A DNA stretch of 64,000 nt from Squalus acanthias (lineage: Eukaryota), in contig CM059432.1 in assembly GCA_030390025.1 (NCBI GenBank), positions 121,274,001-121,338,000 of the forward strand, given 5' to 3'. Numbering within the stretch: position 1 is the first letter of the stretch; every line of letters begins with the position of its first letter. A model generated the notes under the pieces. It worked only from the letters and a program-made list of their open reading frames with translations, was not told where the DNA came from and did not search any database. Of this stretch, positions 36,255 through 48,340 are shown piece by piece. The translations under genes and the position numbers were made by a program.

Positions 36255-39235
36255 ACAGCAATGTGGTTCACTCTTAACTGCCCTCTGAAATGGCCTAACA
36301 AGCCACTCAATTGTACCAAACCATTACTGAAAACAATAATAATAATAAAACTGGATGGACCACCCGGCATCGAGCTCGGCACCAGATTGGGACATGACAA
36401 AGGCACACCCAGCCCAGTCGACCCTGCAAAGTCCTCCTCACTAACATTTGGGGACTTGTGCCAAAATTGGGAGAGCTGTCCCACAGACTAGTCAAGCAAC
36501 AGCCTGACATAGTCATACTCACAGAATCATACCTTTCAGCCAATGTCCCAAACTCCTCCATCACCATCCCTGGATATGTCCTGTCCCACCGGCAGGGCAG
36601 ACCCACCAGAGGAGGTGGCACAGTGGTATACAGTCAGGAAGGAGTGTCCCTGGGAGTTCTCAACATTGACTCCGGACCCCACAAAGTCTCATGGCTTCAG
36701 GTCAAGCATGGGCAAGGAAACCTCCTGCTGATTACCACCTACCACCCTCCCTCAGCTGGTGAATCAGTACTCCTCCATGTTGAACACCACTTGGAAGAAG
36801 CACTGAGGGTTGCAAAGGCACAGAATGTACTCTGGGTGGGGGACTTCAATGTCCATTACCAAGAATGGCTCAGTAGCACCACTACTGACTGAGCTGGCCA
36901 AGTCCTGAAGGACAGAGCTGCTAGACTGGGCCTCTGGCAGGTGCTGAGAGAACCAACACAAGGGAAAAACCTACTTGACCTCATCCTCACCAATCTACCT
37001 GTCGCAGAGGCATCTGTCCATGACAGTATTGGTAGCAGTGACCTTGTGGAGACGAAGTCCCATCTTCACACTGAGGACACCCTCCATCGTGTTGTGTGGC
37101 ACTACCACCGTGCTAAACAGGATAGGTTCAGAACAGATCTAGCAGCTCAAAACTGGGCATCCATGAGGCGCTGTGGGCCATCAGCAGCAGCAGAATTTTA
37201 TTCCACCACAATCTGTAACCTCATGGCCTTGTATACCCCTCACTCTACCATTACCATCAAGCCAGGGGACCAACCCTGGTTCAATAAAGTGTGTAGAAGA
37301 GCAGGCCAGAAGCAGCAACAGGCGTACTTAAAAATGTGTTGCCAACCTGAGGAAGCTGCAACACAGGACTACATGCATGCTAAACAGCAGAAACAGCATG
37401 CTATAGGCAGAGCTAAACGATTCCACAATCAATGGATCAGATCAAAGCTCTGCAGTACTGCCACATCCAGTCATGAATGGAGGTAGACATTTAAACTACT
37501 AATGGGAGGAGGAGGCTCCATGAACATCCCAATCCTTAATGATGGCAGATCCCAGCACACGAGTGCAAAAGACAAGGCTGAAGCGTTTGCAACCATCTTC
37601 AGCCAAAAGAGTCTAGTGGATAATTCATCTCAGCCTCCTCCTGAGGTCCCCACCATCACAGAAGCCAGTCTTCAGCCAATTCAATTCTTTCTATGTGATA
37701 TCAAGAAACAGCTGAGCGCACTGGATACAGCAAAGGCTATGGGCCCCGACAACATCCTGGCTGTCGTGCTGAAGACTTGTGCTCCAGAACTAGCCACGCC
37801 TCTAGCAAAGCTGTTCCAGTACAGTTACAACACTGGCATCTACCCGACAATGTGGAAAACTGCCCAGGTGTGTTCTGTCCACAAAAAGCAGGACAAATCC
37901 AATCCGGCCAATTACTGCCCCATCAGTCTACGCTCAATCATCAGCAAAGTGATGGAAGTTGTCGTCGACAGTGCTATCAAATGTCACTTACTCACCAATA
38001 ACCTGCTTACCAATGCTCAGTTTGAGTTCTACCAGGAGCACTCAGCTCCAGACCTCATTACAGCATTGGTCCAAACATGGAAAAAGAGCTGAATTCCAGA
38101 GGTGAGATGAGAGTGACTGCTCTTGACATCAAGGCAGCATTTGACAGAGTGTGGCATCAAGAAGCCCTAGTAAAATTGAAGTCAATGGGAATCAGGGGGA
38201 CTACTTTCCACTGGCTGGAGTCATATCTAGCAAAAAGGAAGGTGGTTGTGGTTGTTGGAGGTCAATAATCACAGCCCCTGGACATTGCTGCAGGAGTTTC
38301 TCGGGGTAGTGTCCTAGGCCCAACCATCTTCAACTGCTTCATCAATGACCTTCCCTCCATCATAAGGTCAGACGTGGGGATGTTCACTGATGATTGCACA
38401 GTGTTCAGTGCCATTCACAACTCCTCAGATAATGAAGCAGTCCATGCCCACATGCAATAAGACCTGGACGACATTCAGGCTTGGGCTCATAAGTGGCAAG
38501 TAGCATTCATGCCACACAAGTGCCACCAATGCCTAATTCCAATAAGAGAGAGTCTAACCACCACCCCTTGACATTCAACGGCATTACCATCGCCGAATCC
38601 CCCACCATCAACATCCTGCAGGTCGCCATTGACCATTGACCAGAAACTTAACTGGACCAGCCACATAAATACTGTGGCTAAAAGAGCAGGTCAGAGGCTG
38701 GGTATTCTGTGGCACAAGTCTACAAGGCGCAAGTCAGGAGAATGATGGAATACTCTCCACTTACCTGGATGAGTGCAAATCCAACAACTCTCAAGAAGCT
38801 CGACACAATCCAGGACAAAGCAGCTTGCTTGATTGGCACCCCATCCACCACCTTAAACAATCACTCCCCCCACCACTGGCGCACTGTGGCTGCAGTGTGT
38901 ACAATCTACAAGGCTTCTTCGAAGCACCTCCTAAACCCGCGACCTCTACCACCTAGAAGGACAGGGGCAGCAGGCGCATGGGAACACCAACACCTCCAAG
39001 TTCCCCTCCAAGTCACGCACCATCCTGACTTGGAAGTATATCGCCGATCCTTCATTGTCGCTGGGTCAAAATCCTGGAACTCCCTCCCTAACAGCGCTGT
39101 GGGAGTACCATCACCACACGGACTGCAGCGGTTCAAGAAGGCGGCATACCACCACCTTCTCAAGAGCAATTAGGGATGGGCAATAAATGCTGGCCTTGCT
39201 GATGCTCACATCCCATAAACGAATAAAATAAAAAA
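36255..39235 (+). mobile_element. Near full-length ORF2 of an APE-RT LINE (CR1/L2 group, clade uncertain), with stops
   Basis: PDIVILTESYL, VGDFN, LLDLIL, KAMGPD, ALDIKAAFDRVWH, FTDD; A-rich 3' end. Confidence 0.9.
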
Positions 39236-39864
39236 GCAGGAGTTGCTGGAGGTCACGGACGACGATTCCTCAGAGGAGCTGAGTCCTTCTGAGGGTGCAC
39301 TGGCACATCATAGAATCATAGAAATTTACAGCACGGAAGGAGGCCATTTCAACCCATTGTGTCAGCGTCGGCCGACAAAAAGTTATCCAGCATAATCCGA
39401 CTTTCCAGCTCTTGATCCGTAGCCCTTTAGGTTTCGGCACTTGAAGTGCACATCCAAGCACTTTTTAAATGTGGTGAGGGTTTCTGCCTCTACCACCCTT
39501 TCAGGCAGTGAGTTCCAGACCCCCACAACCCTCTGGGTGAAGAAATTTCCCCTCAAATCTCCTCTAAACCTCCTACCAATTACTTTAAATCTATGCCCCC
39601 TGGTTGTTGACCCCTCTGCTAAGGGAAATAGCTCCTTCCTGTCCACTCTGTCTCGGCCCCTCATAATTTTATGCACCTTAATAAGGTCTCCCCTTAGCCA
39701 CCTCTGTTCCAAAGAAAACAAACCCAGCCTATCCAATCTTTCCTCGTCGCTAAAATTCTCCAATACAGGCAACATCCTTGTAAATCTCCTCTGTACCCTC
39801 TCTCCTGCAATCACATCTTTCCTGTAATGTGGTGACCAGAACTGCACACAGTAATCTAGCTGTC

Positions 39865-40007
39865 ATGATGCGGAGATGCCGGTGTTGGACTGGGGTGGAC
39901 AAAAATGAGAAGTCGCACAACACCAGGTTATAGTCCAACAGTTTTATTTAAAATTACGAGCTTTCGGAGCTGTTGCCCCTTCGTCAGGTAAAGGTACCTT
40001 TACCTGA
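39865..40007 (-). mobile_element. Solitary Penelope terminal repeat with inverted stub, inserted in CR1
   Basis: Reverse complement matches 33310-33440; ends in a perfect 24-bp palindrome (39984-40007). Confidence 0.88.
39954..39991 (-). ncRNA. Minimal type I hammerhead ribozyme motif
   Basis: Minus strand TTAC-CTGACGA-A-GGGGC-aaca-GCTCC-GAAA-GC-TC-GTAA. Confidence 0.78.
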
Positions 40008-41111
40008 AGGCATTTCCGTATGCCTTCTTAACCACCTGATCTACTTGACCTGCTACCCTCAGGGATCTGTGGACATGCACTCCAAGGTCCCTTTGTTCCT
40101 CTACACTTCTCAGTGTCCTACCATTTAATGTGTATTCCCTTTCCTTGTTAGCCCTCTCCAAATGCATTACCTCACACTTCTCTGATTGAATTCCATTTGT
40201 CACTGTTTTGCCCACCTGACCAGTTCATTGATATCTTCCTGCAGACTACAGCTTTCTTCTTCATTATCAACCTCACAGCTGATTTTAGTATCGTCTGCAA
40301 ACTTCTTTATCATACCCCCTATATTCAAATCTAAATCATTGATATATACCACAAAAAGCAAGGGACCTAGTACTGATCCCTGCGGAACCCCACTGGAAAC
40401 AGCCTTTCATGCACAAAAGCACCCATCAGCCATTATCCTTTGCTTCCTGCCTCTGAGCCAATTTTGGATCCAACTTGCCACTTTGCCCTGGATCCCATGG
40501 GCTTTTACTTTCATGACTAGTCTACCATGTGGGACCTTATCAAAAGCCTTGCTAAAATCTATATACACTACATCAAATGCACTACCCTCATTGACCCTCC
40601 TTGTTACCTCCTCAAAAAATTCAATCAAGTTAGTCAGACACGACCTTCCCTGAACAAATCCATGCTGACTATCCTTGATTAATCCGTGTCTTTCTAAATG
40701 AAGATTTATCCTGTCCCTCAGAACTTTTTCCAGTAATATTCCCAACACCAAGGTTAGGCTCACTGGCCTGTAATTACTCGGTCTATCCCTTTCTCCCTTT
40801 TTAAACAACGGTACCACGTTAGCAGTCCTCCAGTCCTCCGGCACTACACCTGTAGCCAGAGAGGATTGGAAAATGATGGTCAGAGCCTCTGCCATTTCCT
40901 CTTTTGCTTCTCTTAACAGCCTGGGATACATTTCTCCGGGACTAGGAATTACCCACTTTCAAAGCTGCTAAGCCCCTTAATACTTCCTCTCTCACTATGT
41001 TTATTTAATCTAAAATAGCATGGGTTGGCCACAAGTCAATGGAGGCGGGACTAAAACCCGACAAGCAGCAGTCCCGCTTCCAACGCGCCCCCATTGGCAA
41101 AATCACCCCCG

Positions 41112-43140
41112 AAGAGACAAAAGGGATGATGTTGCAAGGCAAAAGGAGATGGTAATGGGACAAGTTAAGAAACAAAAGATGACTCTAGATGAAGTGTAAA
41201 TGGCAATAGCAGAATGAAAGACAGCTGCCATGTGAGAGAGAGAAAAAAAAATGGAAAAAAATGATAGGGGCAGAGGATATGGTCTGAAATTGTTGAACTC
41301 GATGTTGAGTCCAGAAGGCTATAAAGTGCCTTATCGAAAGATGAAGTGCTGTTCCTCGAGCTTACGTTGAGCTTCATTGGAACAGTGTAAGAGGCCAAGG
41401 ATGGTGAGGTATGAGTGGGAGTGGAGCGGAGAATTAAAGTGACAGGCGACCGGAAGCTCGGGGTCACCCTTACAGACTGAACGGAGGTGTTCCGCAAAGC
41501 GGTCACCCAATCTGCATTTGGTCTCCCCAATTTAGAGGAGACCGCATTGTGAGCAGCGAATACAGTATACTAAATTGCAAGAAGTACAAGTAAATCACTG
41601 TTTCACCTGGAAGGAGTGTTTGGGGCCCTGGACAGTGGGAAGGGAGGAGGTAAAAGGGCATGTGTTGCATTTCCTGCACTTGCATGGGAAGCTGCCAGGC
41701 GAAGGGGAAAGGGTGTTGGGGGCGATAGAGAAGTGAACCAGGGTGTCGCGGAGGGAGCAGTCCCTTCGGAATGCTGAAAGGGGAGGTGAGGGGAAGATGT
41801 GTTTGGTGGAGGGATCACGTTGGAGGTGGCGGAAATGGCGGAGGATGATCCATTGAATGTGGAGGCTGGTGGGGTGAAATGTGAGGACAAGCGGAACCCT
41901 ATCGTGGTTCCGGGAGGGAGGGGAAGGGGTGAGAGCAGAAGTGCGGGAAATAGAATGGACACGGTCAAGGGCCATGTCAACCACAGTAGAGGGGAATCCT
42001 CGGTTGAGGAAAAAGGAAGACATGTCGGAAGCACTAGTATGGAAGGTGGCATTGTCAGAGCAGATATGGCGGAGACGGAGAAACTGGGAGAATGGAAGAG
42101 TCCTTACAGGAAGTGGGGTGGGAGGAAGTGTAGTCCAGGTAGCTGTGGGAGTCATTGGGCTTGTAGTAAATGTTTGTCAATAGCCTATCCCCAGAGATGG
42201 AGACAGAGAATTCGAGGAAGGGAAGGGAAGAGTCGGAGATGGACCATGTGAAGGTGAGGGAAGGGTGGAAATTGGAAGCAAAGTGAATTAAATTTTCTAG
42301 TTCAAGGCGAGAGCAGGAAACGGCACTGATACAGTCATCAATGTACCGGAAAAAGAGGTGAGGGAGGGCACCTGAGTAGGACTGGAACAAAGAATGTTCC
42401 ACATATCTCATGAAAAGGCAGGCATAGCTAGGACCCATGTGGGTTCCCATAGCAACACCTTTAATTTGGAGGAAGTGAATGGAGTCAAAGGAGAAGTTGT
42501 TCAATATGAGAACAAGTTCAGCCAGGCGGAGGAGGGTGGTGGTGGATGGGGACTGGTTGGGCCTCTGTTCAAGGAAGAAGCGGAGCGCACTCAGGCCATC
42601 CTGGTGAGGGACGGAGGCGTAGAGGGATTGGACATCCATAGTGAAAAGGAGATGGTTGGGGCCAGGAAACTGGAAACTGTTAAAGTGGCGGAGGGTGTCG
42701 GAAGAGTTGCGGATGTAGGTGGGAAGAGACTGGACAAGGGGAGAAAAAATAGAGTTGAGCTAGGAAGAGATAAGTTCCATGGGGCAAGAACAGGCTGAAA
42801 TGATGGGTCTACCAGGGCAGTCCTGTTTGTGGATCTTGGGAAGGAGGTAGAAGCGGGCTGTGTGGGGTTGGGGAACTATGAGGTTGGTGGCTATGGAGGG
42901 AAGATCTCCAGAGGAGATGAGGTCAGTGACGGTCTTGGAAACGGTGGCTTGATGTTCGGTAGTGTGGTCATGGTCCAGGTGGAGTTAGGAGGAGGTGTCG
43001 GAGAGTTAGCGTTCAGCCTCCGCTAGGTAGAGGTTGGTTCATCAAAATCTCTCTCCACAGATGCTGCCTGACCTGCTGAGTATTTCCAGCATTTTCTGTT
43101 TTTATTTCAGATTTCCAGCATCCGCAGTATTTTGCTTTTG
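41112..43140 (-). mobile_element. Penelope-like retroelement (same family as 45-1450), with a probable inverted terminal fragment at ~43048-43140
   Basis: MDVQSLY...GVAMGTHMGPSYA...RYIDD; GIY-YIG region 41280-41690; highly similar to 45-1450. Confidence 0.92.
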
Positions 43141-43657
43141 TATAGGAAAGATGTGATTGCACTAGAGAGGGTACAGAGGAGATTTACGAGGATGTTGCCT
43201 GGACTGGAGAATTTTAGCGACGAGGAAAGATTGGATAGGCTGAGTTTGTTTTCTTTGGAACAGAGGAGGCTGAGGGGAGACCTTATTGGGGTTTATAAAA
43301 TTATGAGGGGCCTCGATAGAGTGGATAGGAAGGACCTATTTCTCTTAGCAGAAGGGTCAACAACCAGGGGGCATAGATTTAAAGTAATTGGTAGGAGGTT
43401 TAGAGGAGATCTGAGGGGAAATTTCTTCACCCAGAGGGTGGTAGGGGTCTGGAACTCACTGCCTGAAAGAGTGGTAGAGGCAGAAACCCTCACCACATTT
43501 AAAAAATGCTTGGATGTACACTTGAAGTGCCGTAATCAACAGGGCTATGGACCCAGAGCTGGAAAGTGGGATTAGGCTGGATAGCTTTGTCGGCCGGCGC
43601 GGACACAATGGGCCAAAATGGCCTCCTTCCGTGCTGTAAATTTCTATGATTCTATGA
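43140..43657 (+). mobile_element. CR1 3' end, inverted close relative of 39308-39830
   Basis: YRKDVIALERVQRRFTRML...WNSLPERVVEA; tail TTTCTATGATTCTATGA. Confidence 0.92.
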
Positions 43658-43903
43658 TATGAAAACACCTTTAATGGATGGACTGATCAGTTTATGGACA
43701 CAGAGTTGAAACCATTCCATAACCGTCCTAATGAATTGGCCTGTGAGCAAGGTTGTATCAAGTGGGGAAACAGTGTGGTGGTGCCTACTTCTTTGAAAGA
43801 TAGAATTCTGGCCGAACTTCACACTGAACATGCAGGGATTGTCAGCATGAAATCAATTGCAAGAAGCTTTGTTTATTGGCCTGCATTGGACAGTGATCTT
43901 GAA
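43658..43903 (+). mobile_element. Gypsy pol fragment (linker and integrase zinc-binding N-terminus)
   Basis: YENTFNGW...PFHNRPNELACEQGCIKWGNSVVVP...ILAELHTEHAGIVSMKSIARSFVYWPALDSDLE. Confidence 0.88.
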
Positions 43904-44554
43904 CCACTTGATCATGAACACATACATGAGTTTGACTCAGTTCAGACTTCATTAACTGAGGTACCAGGTTCAAACAAGTCTTCAGATGCATAGGGTGCCC
44001 GCCTGAAACAGGTGTTAGAGCTCCACATATGCATATCGGGGTCCTAATGCCTGTTGTAAGACCCCGAATTAAATTGGTCATCAACTGGATGGAGTTTGCA
44101 CTCCAGTTCATCTCCCCCACCCTCCAGGAGCCAGGTAAAATTCCTAAGCCTGTGACCAGCGAGCTGTATTGAGTCACCCGATTGACAGCCATAGATCGCT
44201 GGTCTCAGGCAGATGAGGCCCGAGGCCCAGTTTTGAACAGGCCTTGGGCCGATATCTTCAGGCACACATTCGTATTGTGCTACCCCTTTAGTCCTACTCA
44301 AATATCTCCTCCATACAGTCCTACTGACTATGAAATACAAATATAGCATTGAAATCCAATGACCATTCAATTGTTGTTTTCATGCGTTTCTTCCCCGACA
44401 ACCCAACAATGTTGCATGTTTTCTTCCCAATATGTAATGCTTTACTCTCACGCAAAACCGAGGCCCTGTCTGCTCTCTCAGCTGGATGTAAAAGATCCCA
44501 TGGCACAATTTCAAAGAAAGGCAGGGGAGTTTTGCGAGGAATAGGAGGATATGG

Positions 44555-47500
44555 CAGGTTAATGCATGGCTAGAGGAATGGTGCAGGAGGGAGGGCTTCA
44601 GATTCCTGGGACATTGGGACCAGCTCTGTGGCAGGAGGAACCTGTTCAAGATAGACGGGTTGCACCTGAACAGAACAGGGACCAATATCCTCACGGGTAG
44701 GTTAACTGGTGCTGTGGGGGAGGGTTTAAACTAATTCGGCAGAGGGTTGGGCACCAAGATGTAATATTAAAACGTAGAAACAAAGTGCACGGAGGACTGG
44801 GAGAGACAGTTAGAGTTAGAAATAATAACAAATTAGGTGGGATAATAGAAAATACAAAGAGGTCTGTTAGGTTTGGAATGCATGTGTGTAAATGCACAAA
44901 GTGAGGTTAATAAGGTTGGTGAGGTTGGAGTGGCCAATGCTGAGGCCGTGGCCAGTGGCAGGGCTGAAACCATCGAAAATGACGGTATCCTCATACTGAA
45001 TCCTCCTTCTCACATCCTACTTTCTCCTCATTCCACAATCCTTTCTGATTTACAAGCTGCAGATGGTGTAAGCATGCACCTCTTGCTTCACCCACCACCC
45101 TCGCCACCCCCCGCCTTCCCCTCACCACAATCCTACCCTTGTGCCTTCCTCCTTTCAGACACCCAAGAACTGCAACCAAAAAATACGCACGCTACAGAGT
45201 CAAAACTCCACAGCAAGCACCCCGTCCAAAACAACGCCACCCCGCCCCGCCCGCCCCATCCCAACCCCCAACCTAGGCAAGCCGTCCCGTCAAGATCGGA
45301 GCCTTTAATGCGGGAGAAAATTAACAACAACTTGGGCAAGCATGGACTAATAAAGGAGAGCCAGCATGGAATTGATAAGGGCAAATCGTATCTGACTAAC
45401 TTGATTGAGTTTTTTGATGAGGTAACAAAGAGGGCAGTTCAGTTGATGTTGTGTATATGGATTTTCAAAAAGCGTTTTATAAAGTACCATATATTAGGCT
45501 TGTTAGCAAAATTGAAGCCCATGGGATAAAAGGGGTAGCAGTAGCATGGAAACAAAATTGACTAAGGGATAGAAAACAGAGAGTAGTGGTGAATGGCTGT
45601 TTTTCAGACTGGAGGAAGGTATACAGTGCAGTTCCCTAGGGTTCAGTACTAGAATCACTACAGTTTTTGACATACATTAATGATTGGACCTGGGGGTACA
45701 GGGAACAATCAAAATTTTCAGATGACACGAAACTTGGAAGTGTAGCAAACAGTGAGGAAGATTGTCATACACTTCAAGAGGATATAGACAGGCTGGTGGA
45801 ATGGGCGGACACATGGCAGATGAAATTCAAAGCAGAAAAATGTGAGATGATATATTTTGGTAGGAAGAATGAGGAGAGACAATACAAGCTAAATGGTACA
45901 ATTTTAAAGGGAGTGCATGAAGAGAGAGACCTGGGGGTGCTTGTGCACAAATTTTTGAACAGAACATGTTAAGAAAGCAGTTAATAAAGCATAAGGAATC
46001 CTGCACTTTACAAATAGAGCCATAGAGTACAAAAGTCAGGAAGTTATGCTGAAGCTATATAAAATATTGGTTCAGTCCCGGCTGGAGAATTGTGTTCAAT
46101 TCTAGGCACCACACTTTAGGAAGGATGTGAAGGCACAGAAGAGATTTACTAGAATGGTTCCAGTGATGAGGGATTACAGTTATGTGGATAGACTGGAGAA
46201 GCTGGGGTTGTTCTCCTTACAGCAGAGAAGGCCAAGAGGAGATTTGATAGAGGTGTTTAAAATCATAAGGGGGAGAAATTCAGTATCGCCCCATTTGGGG
46301 CGCAATTATCGGCCGGGCGCAAAGATTAGCGCCTGGCGCTAATTATTGCCACCGACTGTAAACTTGACTTTTATCGCCCCTGGAGGTGATTGGAGCGCTA
46401 AATCAGGCGCTTCACACCTTTCTTAAGGTGCAAAGGCCGAGGAGCAAGGCGCTACCTCAGAGCGCTGGCGAAGCTCATGTAATGTCAGTCAGCAATGGAA
46501 CACACACACAATGGCATGGGCCAGTTCTTAAAGGGGATGGTTGATCGTGCTTTCAATCCACATCCTGCTCATTGCAGCCTTGAATCTCTGCCTGGAGAGA
46601 CTTGTACATCAAATCTGCTGGAAAGAACAATGGAGAGTACCAGGGAAAGAGCTCAGAGTGCAGGCCCCACAGTCTCTTCTAAATCGATACAAGGAATGGC
46701 AAATCAAAATGAACCTGCAAAGTGCTGCTCAGTACCCAAAACTCCTTCACACAGCATTGAATCTCTCCAGAATTCTCTCTCTCTCTCTCTCAGAATGCGT
46801 GGTTCAAAAATGGCACCAACAATAAAAGGCAGGAAGCGGTCGCCTTTAAATAGCGCTCCCCCAGTCCCTTCATGACTGTAATTCGCTCCCCTCAACCTGT
46901 TGTTGCTAGCGTCAGGCGGTAAGGCAGGGGGCGCCACTCAATATCTGCTCCGGGGCGATACCGGGGCGTTGCGCACTCAACTGACGTCACGATCTGCCGG
47001 CGCAGGAGATCGTGGCGGTAGTGTTTAGCGCCGCCGCAAAATGTCTAGTTAATTTCGCGAGCGGCGCAAGCATCGCCGCGCCTGGGCGCTAGATGCTTTG
47101 CGCCCCATTAGCGCCCTCTTAAGGCACTAACGGGAGGCGCAACCAACTGAATTTTTCCCCCTAAAGGTTTTGGTCGAGTAAATAAAGAGAAACTGTTTCC
47201 AATGGCTGAAGGGTCGATAACCAGAGGGCCCAGATTTAAGGTGATTGGCAAAAGAATGAGAGGTGACGAGCAACGTTCCCGCTAACCTGCACGGCTGTGC
47301 AGCGGTCTGGAGGTCCCACACAGGCCGCTCACCGGCTTTTACATGGAAGAAACCGGGCATGGGCGAAGATTAAAATGGACTGCACAGCCAGTTAAAGGGA
47401 CCGGGCATGGAAAAAAAATTAGAGGAAACCTTAGACATAAGGAAAAAATTTTCATGCAACAAGTGGTTGGGATTTGGAATGCACTGCATGATAGGGTGGT

Positions 47501-47665
47501 GGATACAGATTCAGCAGTAGCCCTCAAAAGGGAATTGGATGAATATTTGAAGGAGAAAATGTTGCAGGGATATGGGGAAAGAGCGGGAGGAGTGGGACTA
47601 ACTGGATTGCTCAGACTTGATGGGCCGAATGGCCTCCTGTGCTGTACTGTTCGATGATTCTATGT
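44555..47665 (+). mobile_element. Fragmented CR1 (ORF1 esterase end, ORF2 start, RT, 3' end) with nested Harbinger pieces
   Basis: NAWLEEWCRREGFRFLGHW...DGLHLN (ORF1), SKFSDDTKLG...WQMKF (RT), tail GATTCTATG; Myb-like fragment at ~44925-45170. Confidence 0.8.
46269..47161 (+). mobile_element. Harbinger MITE (family B)
   Basis: TIRs GGGGGAGAAATTCAGT / ACTGAATTTTTCCCCC, TSD TAA; inverted copy at 52413-53302. Confidence 0.92.
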
Positions 47666-48340
47666 GTCCTTGTCAATATTTAACACTCAACAAACATCTA
47701 AAAACAGGTTATCTGGTCATCATCTCATTGCTATTTGTGGAAGCTTGCTGTGTGCAAATTAGCTGCCACATTTCCCACATTACTACAGTGACTGCACTTC
47801 AAAAGCACTTCATTGGCTGTAAAGTGCTTTGCGGCATCCTGAGTTCATGAAAGGCGCTATATAAATGCAAGTCTTTCTTATTTCATAACTATCTCCTTGA
47901 TGGGTGCTACAATATTTAGTGTGTAGTAACACTTCAAAAATTTATAAACAATAGTTTAAGGAAGTACCAGATATCAAGGAATAACCTAAAGGGGGAGAAA
48001 TTCATTATAGCCCAGGAGTGGGCGCTAACTTTGGAAAAGTTTGAGATTTAGCTAACCAATCTCGCTACACGCAAAATTCAGTGTCATCGCTCAAAGAAAG
48101 GATGGGAGCGCTAAATCAAGCGCTAATGACCTAGCTCAGTGGCGTTAGACTCAAAGCGCCAAGCAATTTCAGGTGCAGTCTAATCGCTAGTCATCATTGC
48201 CACAGGCTCTTTCCAGTTCTTAAAGGGGAGGTTCAATGATGCTGCAGAACCTCACTCTCAGCATTGCTGGTTCTGCAGCTGTCTCAGCAAGCAGCAGAAG
48301 GCCAAGGAGAAGGAACCGGACCACTGAAGGAGGTGTCATT

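Larger units (their letters stand above)
39308..41010 (-). mobile_element. CR1 LINE (RT and 3' end)
   Basis: DWRTANVVPLFKKG...DFSKAFDKVPH...QFWSPHYRKD; tail (TTCTATGA)n at 39308. Confidence 0.92.

Noticed and set aside
43030..43060. Hammerhead motif in the first Penelope family
   Set aside because: No CUGANGA...GAAA core is visible; that part of the terminus appears to be missing in both copies.
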